64,000 nucleotides of DNA, from the NCBI GenBank assembly GCA_951406725.2, contig OX597816.1, positions 15,562,001 through 15,626,000 on the forward strand, in the 5' to 3' direction. Positions 1 to 13,435 of the stretch are shown here, piece after piece (position 1 is the first letter of the stretch; the number at the start of each line of letters is the position of its first letter). A program made the position numbers and the translations under genes. The notes under the pieces were generated by a model that saw only the letters and a program-made list of their open reading frames with translations, did not search any database and had not been told where the DNA came from. The DNA is from Octopus vulgaris (lineage: Eukaryota).

Positions 1-494
1 CATAGGTCATTTCTCACCAAACAAAACTATGATCACAAACGTTCCAGCCATAAACATCTCACCATTTTAAAGACATATATCTCAGATTACATTACACTAT
101 ATATCATTCCTCTTTTCAAACCAATGCGCTATGATTTCATTATTAATTCTAACAGATCGAGTGACCAGGAGAAGGTCACTTCGTCAGCTTGACAAAATAT
201 GGCCTTAGCTTAGTCGTATCAGCCAGGCGTCCACTTTCATGCGATTGTTGTTGCTTTCTTGCCTTTTGTGATTTACTGTGCATCTTAAATGTGATTTGTA
301 TATAAGATATTTTTTCGCTTTATTTTTTCTTTATTGTGTTTCGACGTGACCTGCATCGACTACTGTTCAAATATTGATCAGAAGTTGGAATAATACTTCA
401 TGTGCCTCGTACTAGTCTACATATCTAACGCACCCACGCACCCCCACCATGATCACTATGTATGCATGTATTTGTGTGTGAGTGTGTATGTATG

Positions 495-525
<31 letters not shown>

Positions 526-580
526 GTAGAGGGAGAGGAATTTATACGTATGTGTATATGTATATATGTATATTTGCGTG

Positions 581-629
<49 letters not shown>

Positions 630-820
630 AGAGGGAGAGGAATTTATACGTATGTGTATATATCTGTGTATATGTATGTATATTTGCGTGTATGTATATA
701 TGTCGTATAATGTGTATATATATATAGGTATATGTGTGTCTATGTATCCATTTAGCCTTCTACCATTATTCCTTATATATATATGTAGTATAAATATGTG
801 CGAGTGTATGTGTGTGTATG

Positions 821-858
<38 letters not shown>

Positions 859-2824
859 TCAAATGGTAAACTCAAAACAGAATACAAACACAGACGTCGT
901 TTTTAATTTCTAAAACAAGAAACATTGACTATTCAAGTGTAAAATATGTTATTGTAAAACACATGTTTAACAAGAATACTATCATTTGATCCAACGTAGC
1001 ACTGACTCAACTAGGAAGTTTGGTGAGGAGCTTATTGCCGTAACACAATAAGGACAACCATATGTCTTCATGCATGTATGTGGGCGTAGTGGGCTGTTTA
1101 GCCGTCCTGTGTGGTAACCAAAACGGTCGACCCTTCCTTAAACATAGCATACCTATGACTACAGCAAACACCACGTTACGTCATTGATAAGTACGTGTAA
1201 AATTATCTATTCTTTAATTACACAATTAGCAGCATTCCTTCCTCTGTTATATCTTTAGTGTGGTGCAACATGATCACCTTTTCTGAACACACCTGAGTCG
1301 TTGTTGTATTGTGACATTTGTATAACAAATGCCTTTGTATTTTCCTCTGTGGACTGATAAAATAAATCTACCTGACTTGTTCAAACCTCATTTAGTTCTC
1401 TGATCACAGAATGCCATTTGATCCCTCTATGGAGAGAGATATATAGCAAATAAGTGTACGTATGTGCTGTGCGTACGTATTTAATGCTAGGTGTTTGCTC
1501 AACCGATTATTTCATTTTGCATACAAAGTGTTTCTTTGTCGATTCCCCCTCCCCCCGCATTGGCTCGTTTAAAGACCAGCTCTTGGCTACTGCAACATTC
1601 TGGGAAACGGTTAAGAGATTCTAACTTGTCATGATGTCACTTTATCACGAGTGACCTCCCCATCATGATTTGATTTCGTCTATTTCGCAACAGCTGAACT
1701 GAGACTATGTAAAATTGCGATTCCGCCAGAGACGTAATGAAACTTTTATTGCGGAGTATCCACCCACACGGTCGATACCCTATTGACTTTAACAATTTAT
1801 CCGTAATCAATTCAAATCAATATAAAAATCACCTATATTATTTTCCATTTTACGTCAGCTTTAGATATAGTTATTGGAACGTTTTATCAGCAAATTAAGG
1901 TATTTGAACTGAGAGATTCGTTTTACCGTGAAGAGAGAGATGAATCTTCACCTTTCAAGTGGGGCTCACTCTCATAATAAAGAAAGAAAAAATCTCAACT
2001 CGCTTCTTCACGCGACACATAGATTTAACTTATTTTGAGTACTCCACAAAACGCATATCTTAAGGGTACGCATTAATTTCACGAGCAGGCTGTTCCGTCA
2101 GTCGGATCAACTGGAACCCTCATCATCAAAAACGACGGAGACTAGTTTATAAATATTTCTTTACTGCCCACAAGGGGCTAAACACAGAGGGGACAAACAA
2201 GGACAAGCAAACGTATTAAGTCGATTACATCGACCCCAGTGCATAACTGGTACTTAATTTATCGACCCCGAAAGGATGAAAGGCAAAGTCGACATCGGCG
2301 GAATTTCAACTCAGTGGCTGGCGGACGAAATGCCGCAAAGCATTTTACCCAGCGTGCTAACGTTTCTACCAGGCTCCAACAGTTTATATCCGTAGCTCAG
2401 AAGACCGAAGGCGAGCTCAGCGAGCCAACTTGCTTTGAGCGGAAGTCACCGAAGTCAGAAGAGTCGACAGTAAGCAAAACCGTTAGAGGCGAATAACCAT
2501 TTATGGAATAAATAGACAGTTTTTTAGAGAGCTCTTTCATTATTTTTTGGTAAGCGCTTCTGTTATTCACTACTGTTCATTACTATTTTTTTCTTTCGAC
2601 TGGACTCTGTTGTTACTCTTGAATTTACGTTAGTCTAGTAACCATTCTATTTTCTTTAAGTTTCCAAGTTTACACTATTTTCGCTGCCAATTAAAATCTT
2701 TCCACCTTACAAAGACGCCACTGTTCACATTAACTGATTGACATTCACTGTTGCATTGAACCGACTTATAAGATGAAACTGTTCACATTAACCGTCAAAA
2801 CCAGCACTTTTTTGTTTTGTTTTG

Positions 2825-2854
<30 letters not shown>

Positions 2855-2856
<2 letters not shown>

Positions 2857-3239
2857 TGGAAGCACTCCGTCGGTTACGACGATGAGAGTTCCGGTTGATC
2901 CGAATCAACGGAACAGCCTGCTCGTGAAATTAACGTGTAAGTGGCTGAGCACTCCACAGACACGTGTACCCTTAACGTAGTTCTCGGGGATATTCAGCGT
3001 GACACAGAAAGTGACAAGGCTGGCCCTTTGAAATACAGGTACAACAGAAACAGGAAGTAAGAGTGAGAGAAAGTTGTGGTGAAAGAGTACAGCAGGGATC
3101 ACCACCATCCCTGCCGGAGCCTCGTGGAGCCTTAGGTGTTTTCGCTCAATAAACACTCACAACGCCCGGTCTGGGAATCGAAACCGCGATCCTATGACCG
3201 CGAGTCCTCTGCCCTAACCACTGGGCCATTGCGCCTCCA
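2855..3239 (-). mobile_element. tRNA-derived SINE, family A, full length
   Basis: Head GGAGGCGCAATGGCCCAGTGGTTAGGGC (A box)...GGTTTCGATTCCC (B box); flanked by (TA)n. Other copies or parts at 28774-29085 (+), 30070-30255 (-), 2060-2140, 10190-10290, 63020-63335. Confidence 0.85.
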
Positions 3240-3869
3240 CATATATGTATATAACATTTCCAAGACTGTGTTTCAAACTGAAGACTTTTGTGACTGTTTG
3301 GCGAGAGAGAGAGAGGGCGGGGCCGAGATAACTTCAGTTTGAAGATCTAACTCGAATACTTGCAATAGAGTGGACTTTGTTAAATACACTCAAAGGCCAA
3401 ATACTCGTCGTGTTAAACCAGGTAAGGTTCTGCATCCGTGTAAACCACGGCAGGCTTTGAACTCAGAAAGCAAAGATCTGGAGCAAACACTACAAGCAAT
3501 CACGTCCGACGCTCTAACAATTCTGCCAGACAGCCAACCACTCACGACTGTTGCTTTATTAGCTGGCCCTAGAACGATGAAGGGTAAAGTTAACCTCGGT
3601 GGAACTTGACCTCCGAGCGTCAGGATTCAAATGAATATGTGAAGCATTGCGTCCGATACTCCAACGACCCTGTCAGTTAACTGCCTGCATTTCATGTCTC
3701 ACGGACACGTTAAATAAAAGGTCATTCACTTCATTGGCAGCGATTCACTTATCCGTACGTTACAATCATTAAATAGCTTAGAGACGTGCTCTTTTCTTCT
3801 CTCGTTAATTATGCTGCTTCTAAAACATCAGCAGTTCCTTGAAACAAAACAAATACATACATAGATAGC

Positions 3870-4620
3870 TATTTCTTTACTACCCACAAGGGGCTAAACA
3901 CAGAGGGGACAAACAAGGACAGACAAAGGGATTAAGTCGATTATATCAACTCCAGTGCGTAACTGGTACTTGATTTATCGACCCCGAAAGGGTGAAAGGC
4001 AAAGTCGACCTCGGCGGAATTTGAACTCGAAACGTAACGGCAGACGAAATACGAGTACGCATTTCGCCCGGCGTGCTAACCATTCTGCCAGCTCGCCACC
4101 TTACCATTCTGTCAGTTCACCGACTTAGACGATAAATTAAGTACCAGTTACGCACTGGGGTCGATATAATCGACTTAATCCGTTTGTCTGTCCTTGTTTG
4201 TTCCCACTGTGTTTAGCCCCTTGTGGGTAGTAAAAAAATGAGTATTTCGTCTGTCTTTACGTTCTGAGTTCAAATTCCGCTAAGATCGGCTTTGCCTTTC
4301 ATCTTTTCGGGGTCGGTAAATTAAGTACCAGTTACGTGCTGGGGTCTACATAATCGACTTAATCCGTTTGTCTGTCCTTGTTTGTCCCCTCTATGTTTAA
4401 CCCCTTGTGGGCAATAAAGAAATAAGAATGCTTAGCGCATCAGAACAAATGCTTATCGGACTTTTTTCTGGTTCTACATTTTGAGTTCAATTTCCGCCGA
4501 GGTCGACTTTGTTTTTTATCCTTTCGGGGTCGATAAAATAAGTACCAGTTAAATACTAGGGTCGATGTAATTGACTAACCCCTTCCCCACAAAATTTCAG
4601 ACCGTATGCCCATAGTAGGA
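3870..4620. mobile_element. Cluster of SINE family C copies in inverted and tandem arrangement
   Basis: Shared core CTGAGTTCAAATTCCGCCGAGGTCGACTTTGCCTTTCATCCTTTCGGGGTCGATAAATTAAGTACCAG. Other copies at 2155-2370, 6720-6860, 9765-10163, 11375-11595, 12300-12615, 17680-18660, 20062-20590, 49572-49805, 54602-54832, 56575-57000, 57940-58570, 63772-63980. Confidence 0.85.
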
Positions 4621-5423
4621 AGTATAAATCCTCTCGTCTCTCTACCACACAGTTAGCCTTTTACGATTTGATGAGCTAAAACTCGAGCTTTTTTCTTTTA
4701 CAATTCTATAAAATAGGGGGAAAAAATTCCCAATAAGAAGTCTTTCCCATCACAATCACCAAACCTAACAGGGACTGAAGTAAAGTGATATATCTTATAA
4801 GAGTACTTTAGGCTTCTTCGAACCATTAATCACAGCTTTCAGGGAGTTTTTTTTCACATGTTTTTTTTTTTTAATGTCTTTTCTCTCTACCCCATTTCAA
4901 TATCGATATATTCTCCGATCATCATTTTTCAGGTACCATATTCCTACGTAAATGTAGAAATCAAAATCTTTATTGCTAATGTAGAATTTTAACGTTCTGA
5001 AAAGTACCATTGGATAAAATAATTGTCAAATTTGGGTATATTTAAACCTTTTCCAGTATTTAAACTTCTTTCGGTTACTGTAACCATCATTTAACCATTA
5101 TCGTACATGGATGTTTGCTTAATGGATGGACTGATTGATTTCTTAGTTATTACATTACAGCCCGTGTTCTTTATAGCATATTGCTTCACCATACATACAC
5201 ACGTACATATATACACGCATACTCACTCGCAAGCACATTCATACACGCACGTATACGCACACGCGCTTTTTATTAACAATCGGCAGAAGTTACAGGGTGA
5301 TTCAAGGACCGAGAGTTTCGTGTGTTGGTACTTACAAAGCTTCAATAAGTGCCAACGCACGAAACTCTCCGCCCTCGAGTCACTCTTTAGTTTTTGCTGA
5401 TTATTAATTAAAAAATATATATG

Positions 5424-6246
5424 CAGGGTGTGGTGAATAAACTGTCGTCTAAATTACGCGAAATTGAAAATAACACTGACATCTCGTTTTATCAGATATA
5501 TTTACCAAAATTATATTAAAATATCTTGAAATACGAAAGAATAAATTTATTCAATAAAATTGTCATTGGCTTCAACCATGGCCTCCAGACGACTTCAGAA
5601 CCCTTTTTAGTTGGTAAATGCTACCATAATCCTTGCCTTCAGTTCATTTTTGTGTTACAAGGAGTTTTGTTGGTCTCTCGTTCAACTGCGCCCCACACAA
5701 TAATTAAGGGGGTTGCTGTCTGAGGAGTTAGGTGGTCAGATGTTAGGGGTGATATGGTCACAGAAATTGTTTGACAGCCATGACTGGGTTCTCCTGCTTG
5801 TGTGGCATGGTGCAGAGTCTTGTTGCCGGACACAGTGTTCCAGCAACCACCCTCTTGACACAGGCCGGCACTACTTCCTCCAGGCACTTGATGTAGGCTT
5901 CTGTGTTGTGTTTGAGCCCGTGTGGGAAGATGAATGGAAGCATAACGTCGCCCTCACCAGTAATCACTCCAAACACCTTGATGTTGACTGGATGTTTGAT
6001 TTTTATCACATTCGGCACGATTTTTATCACTTCCATCGCGATTTTTATCATTTCCGGCGCCAATGCCAAACAGTACAGCATGTCGTTTCCAAATTTCTGG
6101 CAGAGTGAATTCCGACATGGTGCTGTTTTTCTCACAGACTGTACCCATCTGACCCTACTATACTATGTAGTTGATAAAATCAAAACAAACAATGCACATG
6201 CGCGAAATTAATATAAAAAGGGTGCCAATTTACCCATTGCATTCTG
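5424..6246 (-). mobile_element. Decayed, internally deleted Tc1/mariner-superfamily transposon (maT/DD37D-like)
   Basis: Minus-strand translation HPVNIKVFGVITGEGDVMLPFIFPHGLKHNTEAYIKCLEEVV, then frameshifted NI*PPNSSDSNPLNYCV (WPPNSPDLNPLDY motif); degenerate TIRs CAGGGTGTGGTGAATAAACTG / CAATTTACCCATTGCATTCTG. Confidence 0.85.
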
Positions 6247-6294
6247 TATATACTCAAGTTTTTAGTTCTATTTTCCTCATTTACATTACCAAAC

Positions 6295-6377
<83 letters not shown>

Positions 6378-6620
6378 CCTTGAAGGAATGAGAAAGATTG
6401 CTCAATACATTTTGTACAGGATAAGGGGTTTTTGTTGTTGTTGTTGAAGCTGAGAGTTTGTGTCACCATTCAAGTTTCTCACCACTGCGCTCTTCAAGGA
6501 AAACTGATTGCAGTGGTGGGAAACTCGAGTTGCGAGACAAACTCACTTTCAGTTTCAACAAAAAAGAATGAATGTATGTATGTATGTATGTATGTATGTA
6601 TGCATGCATGCATGCATGCC

Positions 6621-6720
6621 ATTATTCAGTTTATTTCAAGATTTTTTTCCATTAGAGAAAGAACCGGTTTCTAACCTAAATTCAAGGCTCCTTCAGTGAA
6701 ATTTCAACATCATCAACAGG
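6621..6720 (-). mobile_element. Probable Penelope-like fragment with degenerate hammerhead, interrupted by a SINE
   Basis: Minus strand CTGAAGG-AGCCT-tgaattt-AGGTT-a-GAAAC-CG-GTT with palindromic AACCGGTT helix III; core imperfect. Confidence 0.4.
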
Positions 6721-6960
6721 ACTTTGCCCTTCATCCATTTGGGGTCGATAAATTAAGTACCAGTTACGCACTGGGGTCGATCTAATCGACTTAATCCCTT
6801 TGTCTGTCCTTGTTTGTCCCCACTGTGTGTAGCCCCTTGTGGGCAGTAAAGAAATAAGAAATAACAGGGTATTTTTGTTAGTATGTATTTATGTATGTTT
6901 GTGCAGATTTGTATGTTTTATGTATGTATTCTCATGCATACAGTTGCGTATCTAGACATG

Positions 6961-6991
<31 letters not shown>

Positions 6992-7269
6992 TTAAATGAG
7001 AAACTTCTGAAAAGTTTTACAGATTTTAACATAAGTTTGTATGTATGTATGTAATTTAGTTTTCCCTCATCACAAAGGCGCAATCGATAGGACATTAATG
7101 AGAGCATATGAACTAAGGAGTTTTGTAATCAGAAATTTAGCACCTTAACCAATCAGTCTTTGTATATATTTATATACTGTTGTGTGTGCGTGTGTGTGTT
7201 TGTGTGTATAATGGGATTTTAATAAACTCACATAAATTGTTTGCATGTATAACATTTCTTGGCAAACAT

Positions 7270-7410
7270 GAAAAAATTAATTGGAATGAATGAAGACGAT
7301 GGCAGGAAATTAAGGATATCAAGTGATGGTTTACAAGAGAGGAAATTGCTGTGGTAGGGGCATGTGGTGAGAAAGGACGAAGAGAACCGAGTGAGCGAGT
7401 ACTACGGGTT
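7270..7410 (+). mobile_element. RTE LINE fragment
   Basis: Translates LQERKLLW*GHVVRKDEENRV (RL.W.GHV.R motif). Confidence 0.55.
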
Positions 7411-7813
7411 AGTGATTAGTGTCATGTAATGATGGTTGGTGATTAGCAGCGCACGTAATGAGTTGTTTAGGTTCGGACTCGGCGGCGGAGGCGGCAGCGA
7501 CGGTGCTGGTGGTGGTGGGCGTGATGATGGAGGTAATCTGATCTTAAAACCAAACCCAGACAGTCGTATCATCTTACATGATCTGAAAGAATTAAAGATG
7601 AAGTAGAGACGATTACATAATCACCAGATTATGCAGAGAGAAGGAGAGGAGGGGTGGTTGGTGGTTGGTGGGGTGGATGATAAAACGGCCCTAACCTTGC
7701 TATCTTACCAATACCCGAATATAGCCAAGCGAACTTAGCTAACTCATACTGGTATCATATAATGGATTTTAGCACCTGATTCTTTAATTTATTTTATTTT
7801 AATTTATTTATAA

Positions 7814-8208
7814 CAAGCAGTATCGCCCGGCATTGCTTGGGTTTGTTTCGACCCTTTAGAATTGGAATTTTTGAAAAGTAAAAATTTTGCATTATGTAGC
7901 TTGTTATTCTCTTTAAGTGAACATTTTTCTGGTTGAAATACACCGAAAAAGGGCGACACAGCAGTCAAAAAATCGTAAAAAGTAGGGATTTTCATAGAAA
8001 AAAAAAAGAACCTTTTTGATGTAAATAATTTTTGGTGTTAACATGGTCCGATTTGAAATTTTTCTTCTACGGAAGGAAGAGCAAGCCTTCTTCTATCATA
8101 CTCTCAATTTTGGTCAACTTACGCCGCAGGGTCTCGGAGGAGATAGTGTTAGTTGAAGGCTACCAAACCTGCCATACACAGACAACTTCAGCTTTATATA
8201 GAGAGAGA
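7814..8208 (-). mobile_element. Non-autonomous Helitron, same 3' end family as 42368-42764
   Basis: Minus-strand 3' end CAAACCCAAGCAATGCCGGGCGATACTGCTTG matches the 42.7 kb copy; 5' TCTCTCTCTATATAAAG. Confidence 0.7.
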
Positions 8209-8506
8209 TTTTGCAAGAATTTTGGGTTAACATGCAGTTAAATGGTTTAGAAAAATAAACTGAAACTAAACTGACCGGAAGTAACAACAATGGTATTTTT
8301 CAACTGACTAGCCCCCTCCTTCAAAATTTCAGGCCTTGTACCTATATTAGAAAGAATTATTCTTTTCTGCTCTATAAGATGACTCTGTTGTCACTACCTT
8401 TTATTCTTTAAAACCCCTAAATTGCATGTTAACCGAATTTTGATCTGAAACCGTGTGTTGCAACCATTATTGTTATGTTAGGTAAAAAAAAAATCATCGA
8501 TGATAT

Positions 8507-8920
8507 AGGAGTGGCTGTGTGGTAAGTAGCTTGCTTACCAACCACATGGTTCCGGGTTCAGTCCCACAGCGTGGCATCTTGGGCAAGTATCTTCTACTAT
8601 AGCCTCGGGCCGACCAAAGCCTTGTGAATGGATTTGGTAGACGGAAACTGAAAGAAGCCCGTCATATATATATATGTATATATATATGTGTGTGTGTGTG
8701 TGTGTGCGTGTATGCTTGTGTGTCTGTGTTTTTCCCCTCCAGCATAGCTTGACAACCGATGCTGGTGTGTTTACGTCCCCGTAACTTAGCGGTTCGGCAA
8801 AAGAAACCGATAGAATAATAAGTACTAGGCTTACAAAGAATAAGTCCTGGGGTCGATTTGCTCGACTAAAGGCGGTGCTCCAGCATGGCCACAGTCAAAT
8901 GACCGAAACAAGTAAAAGAT
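8507..8920 (+). mobile_element. tRNA-derived SINE, family B
   Basis: GGAGTGGCTGTGTGGTAAG...CCGGGTTCAGTCCC...CTTGGGCAAGT, internal (TA)(TG) microsatellite, tail GAAACAAGTAAAAGA. Confidence 0.85.
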
Positions 8921-8989
8921 TAAAGTAGTTTGATGTCGTAAAAATAAGTGAAAAATAAATTGTACAGGAATTGATGTTGTGGAAATGTG

Positions 8990-9350
8990 AATTTCATAAA
9001 TATGGGTACACCTAGTTCACAGCTGCGACGTAGTGTATCCAACAACACCAGTGGAAAGCCACAGGGATGCATATGATAGCCAATGGGTAATCTTCGACCT
9101 AAGTTTAGGTCACATATATAGTTAAGAAGATGTGAACTATTCATGAAAATTTGTTGATCTAACGATGAGAGCATTCACTCGCAGATTATCGAAGAGCAGT
9201 GGTTGCTCGCTACGGAAGAAACCTTGGTGACAATGTGTGAGCAGATATGGCAAAAGAGGTTCAGAGAAAATTCCTTCGATATTGATGCATGGCGTTATTC
9301 ATCCGCACAACCTTTCTTCATGTCATAGATAAAAAGGCAAAGCTGGAAAA
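8990..9350 (+). mobile_element. Highly decayed LINE reverse-transcriptase fragment
   Basis: Fragments such as SGKPQ and IHSQIIEEQ...EQIWQKRFRENSFDID loosely resemble RT N-terminal motifs; many stops. Confidence 0.35.
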
Positions 9351-10445
9351 GAAGGTGAACAGCATAATCTTCTCACACCGTCACTCTCTGGATCAATATT
9401 GAAGGAACCCCGGTTCTGAAACTGTACAAAAGCTATAGATATATGCTTGTTCTATGCATCATTTTCACGTTATATAAATATAATAAAATTATAGGATTTC
9501 ACTGTCGTCACTTACAGTTTCTAATGTAATTTGTTTTCACTCTCCTTCTGACACTAAACTGCACGTTAATCAGTTAAGTTTACTTAATGGGTGTTAAAAT
9601 GCTGTTATAAGAATGAGATAGATAGTCACTGAGTATTGATAAAACAGATCAGCTTCTTAAACTTCGTCTTTTTCACCAGGGGGAAGTAGTTCAAAGATAG
9701 AAAAGTCTACTCGAAGAACGATCGAAATCGAGTGTATGTCGAAGAAGAATGATCGACAAATAATCCTTTCTACTATGGGCACAAGGCCCGAAATTATGGG
9801 GGAAGGGACTAATCGATTACACTGACCCCAGTGTTTCACTGGTACTTAATTTATCGATCCCGAAAAGGATAAAAAGCAAAGTCGACCTCGGCGGAATTTG
9901 AACTCAGAAAGTAGCGACAGGCGAAATACTTATTTCTTTACTACCCACAAGGGGCTAAACACAGAGAGGACAAACAAGGACAGACAAACGGATTAAGTCG
10001 ATTATATAAACCCCAGTGCGTAACTGGTAATTGTTTAATCGACCCCGAAAGGATGAAAGGCAAAGTCGACCTCGGCGGAATTTGAACTCAGAAAGTAGCG
10101 ACAGGCGAAATATTGCTAAGCATTTCGTCCGGTGCGCTAACGACTCTGCCAGCTTGCCGCCTTAATGACCGACAAATAATAAAAATGTGTTCGTGGAGTG
10201 CTCGGCCACTTGCACGTTAACCTCACAAGCAGGCTGTTCCGTTGGTCGGATCAACTGGAACATTGGTCGTCGTAAGCGACGGAGTGCCAGCTATATGCAA
10301 ATTGCACCCGTTATGAAAAGCCTACCTTGCCAAATGCAGTAGTAAACGTGAAACTATTAGTAGCTTTCTGATCGGACATTGCCAAGGATATACACTACTC
10401 TACTACATGAAATATAGATATATGTATGCATAAGTAGGTAGGTAA

Positions 10446-10496
<51 letters not shown>

Positions 10497-11611
10497 TGAA
10501 TGTATAATGTTTATCAACAAGAGCCAGCATACAATGATAGAGGAGACTTCAATACTTCGTAAGGTAAATATATTAATTAATACTGTACAAATGGACACGA
10601 GTATTGATGTTGTTGAGTTTCAGCTCATTAAATTACAAATTATATTAATACCTATAATGAATATTTCTAAATTCATGTATAATAAAGCAGAGTAGAAACA
10701 ATTTGGACAGCTATCTGTAAAACGCCAATTTTTCAAAGATGACGTCTTTCAGATACAGTCGACCATCATTCTTTTTCATGAATTTACAAATATTAATTAT
10801 AACCATTAATCTAATTTGCAATTCAATTCGCTGTAGCGATACTTATGCCCACTTGCAATATAGTAATACTATACAGATAGCTAGCCAGATAAATAGAGAT
10901 GAAAAGTGTAACATTGAAATTGGAGTACTATTAGGTATTCAATTAAGTTAACCTTTGTATAGTTTAATAATTTTGTGTAATAAAAGACAATGTATTCATA
11001 CTTACAAATACATGCATGTCTTCGACGATCAAAGAGATAGAGGATAACTACGGACAACTGTTTCGAAACCTCTAGCTTCAATATCAGATTATATATTCAC
11101 ATCTATACCAATAATAAATGGAACGTTTGGCTTTGTGAGTAAATATCTGAGTGACAATCTGAATAAACTAGGGTGTTGAGAAAGACAGAAAAACAACCAA
11201 CCATCTGACATACACGTTACAAATACAATCTGTAAGCGGAACGGTTAAAATATGTAAGACATTTCTCAAGTTCAGAGTGTGACATTGTTTTTGTTATCTA
11301 TATCCTAATGGTGGAGCTTTTGAATCTTTGTTAGAAATCAGTTTTTTATTCCTTAGAGAAAGATTTAAAATAATTGGCTTCAAATTTGATTACAAGGCCA
11401 GCAAAGTTTTTGGGGTGGTTGGGGGTTAAGTGATTACATCAACCCCAGCGATCAACTGGTACATATTTTTATCGATCTCGAAAGGATGAAAGGCAAAGTC
11501 GACTTCGGCAGAATTTGAACTCAGGACGTAAAGGCAGACTAAAAGCGGCTAAACATTTTCCTCGGCCGGCTAACGATTCTGCCAGATCGCAACCTTATAG
11601 ATTTCAAATTA

Positions 11612-11783
11612 GCGTATTTTAACGTGTATAAGGAACCCCACCCCCAATTTGGGTGGGGGTGGGACTTAAAATTTGGAAAAAAGGTTTTGTAATAGATTAT
11701 AATACTATCCATTTATAAGAAACTCCCATAATTTATTAACCTAATTTTTAACAAAAAGAGTTCCTTATACACGTTAAATACGG
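11612..11783. mobile_element. pogo/Tc2-like MITE
   Basis: TIRs CGTATTTTAACGTGTATAAGGAAC / GTTCCTTATACACGTTAAATACG; TA flanks. Confidence 0.7.
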
Positions 11784-12847
11784 TAGTAACAACACGCCCG
11801 CACATACATACATACATACCTACCTACATACATACATACATACATACATACATACATACATACATACATACATACATACATACATACATACATACATACA
11901 TACATACATACATACATGAGTATTACTGGTTGCAGATATGACCGAACGGTTAAAATAATTTGCTTCACAGTCAGGGTCCAGGTTCGATCCTACCTGAAGA
12001 AGAGTCTTCTACAACAGCTTCGGGTCTGCCCAACTATTGTATGTATGAAAAGTAAGTTATCGGAACTGCGTGAAAGTCCGTCAGATAGACTGTACACATT
12101 AAGTGACAGGAGCGCCGTGTCACGCTAAACTTAACCACAACTATTATGATGTAATGAGATGAGGGTAGATCTGTTTGTGGAACAGCTGGAATAATGATTG
12201 TCGAAAGCAGGCTGAACCTCTTCGTACTTTTTATTCATTACATGTATTACAATATTACAATACTGAGTCTATTATCATCTTCAATTCATTCATAGTTTGT
12301 GGGGGCAGCAAGCTGGCAGAATCGTCAGCATGCCGGGTAACATCTTTAACGGTATTTCGTCCATCTTTATGTCCTGAGTTCAAATTCCGCCAAGATATTT
12401 CCGCTCTGAGTTCAAATTCCGCCAAGGTCTTTACATTCTGAGTTTAAATTCCGCCAAGGTCTTTATGTTTTGAGTTCAAATTCCGCCAAGTTTGACTTTG
12501 CGTTTTATCCTTTCAGGGTCGATGAAGTAAATATCATTCGAGCACTAGGGTCGATGTAATCTACTCACTCCCTTCTCCGAAATTACTGGTCTTCTGCCAA
12601 AATTTGGAACCAATTCATTCATAGTTTCATTGTCTTTCTATGTCTGCCTAAATTAGACAAAGCTTCTCTGGTTGCAAGTGGTGTAGCATCTGGTATACAG
12701 GAATGTGTGGAAGCATATAATTATGTATTTAGTGGAGAATGTTGAATGACGGTAAAATATTGTTTTAAAGCCAGATGCCCTCTCACATTCCAACCACAGA
12801 ACTCGAATATATAGATCTATATGTATATTTATGTGTGTGTGCATGTA

Positions 12848-12916
<69 letters not shown>

Positions 12917-12924
<8 letters not shown>

Positions 12925-13105
12925 AGTTAATCCAAACAAGAAAGCACAAAAAAACACAACAACGCGAGGACGTGGAACAAATATAGTGTTATTGGACGCT
13001 CAGGAAAGAAGGAGGGTTTAACGTTTCGAGCGAAGCTCTTCGTCGGAAACATAGGAGAAGGGAAGACAGGGGAAAAAAATCGCCAACGGTACACACGAGG
13101 TCACA
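12917..13105 (-). mobile_element. Penelope-like element terminal (pLTR) fragment
   Basis: Carries a minimal hammerhead motif and starts directly at a (TA)n tract. Family assignment is inferred from the known PLE-hammerhead association. Confidence 0.45.
13017..13050 (-). ncRNA. Minimal hammerhead ribozyme variant in a Penelope-like terminal repeat fragment
   Basis: Minus strand reads GTTT-CCGACGA-A-GAGC-TTC-GCTC-GAAAC-GTT-AAAC: helix I GTTT/AAAC, U4C core variant, 4-bp helix II, palindromic AACGTT helix III. Confidence 0.6.
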
Positions 13106-13435
13106 TAGGGTTGGCCAAAAGTCACCCGACAGTAAATCAAAATTTCATAAATATTATTTGTAATTCTGTATTGACTCGAATGAAAAAAATGTGTCGCTTA
13201 AGAAGAACTTCAGTTTGAATAATTTTCATAATGTTTCATATTAGATGCTTTTTATGGTCATAGCATGCGCTCATACGCGATTGCTATGAGCATTTTTACT
13301 TCTTTACTTTTTACTTCCTCCCCTTTGGTTTTTCCCCTGATTTAACAGTCATTCTAATAGCTCTTTTGTCTTAATAAAGGTCAATTACATAGCAATTTCC
13401 CTTTATTTAACGGTCATTTTCATAGCATATTTTGA

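Noticed and set aside
155-190. Minus-strand CTGACGA-AGTGACC/GGTCACT stem
   Set aside because: Followed by CGATC rather than GAAA; not a hammerhead.
11050-11092. Minus-strand hammerhead-like CTGATAT..GAAGC/GTTTC-GAAAC-AGTT-GTC
   Set aside because: Core G8/A9 missing and no helix I; at best a dead relic.
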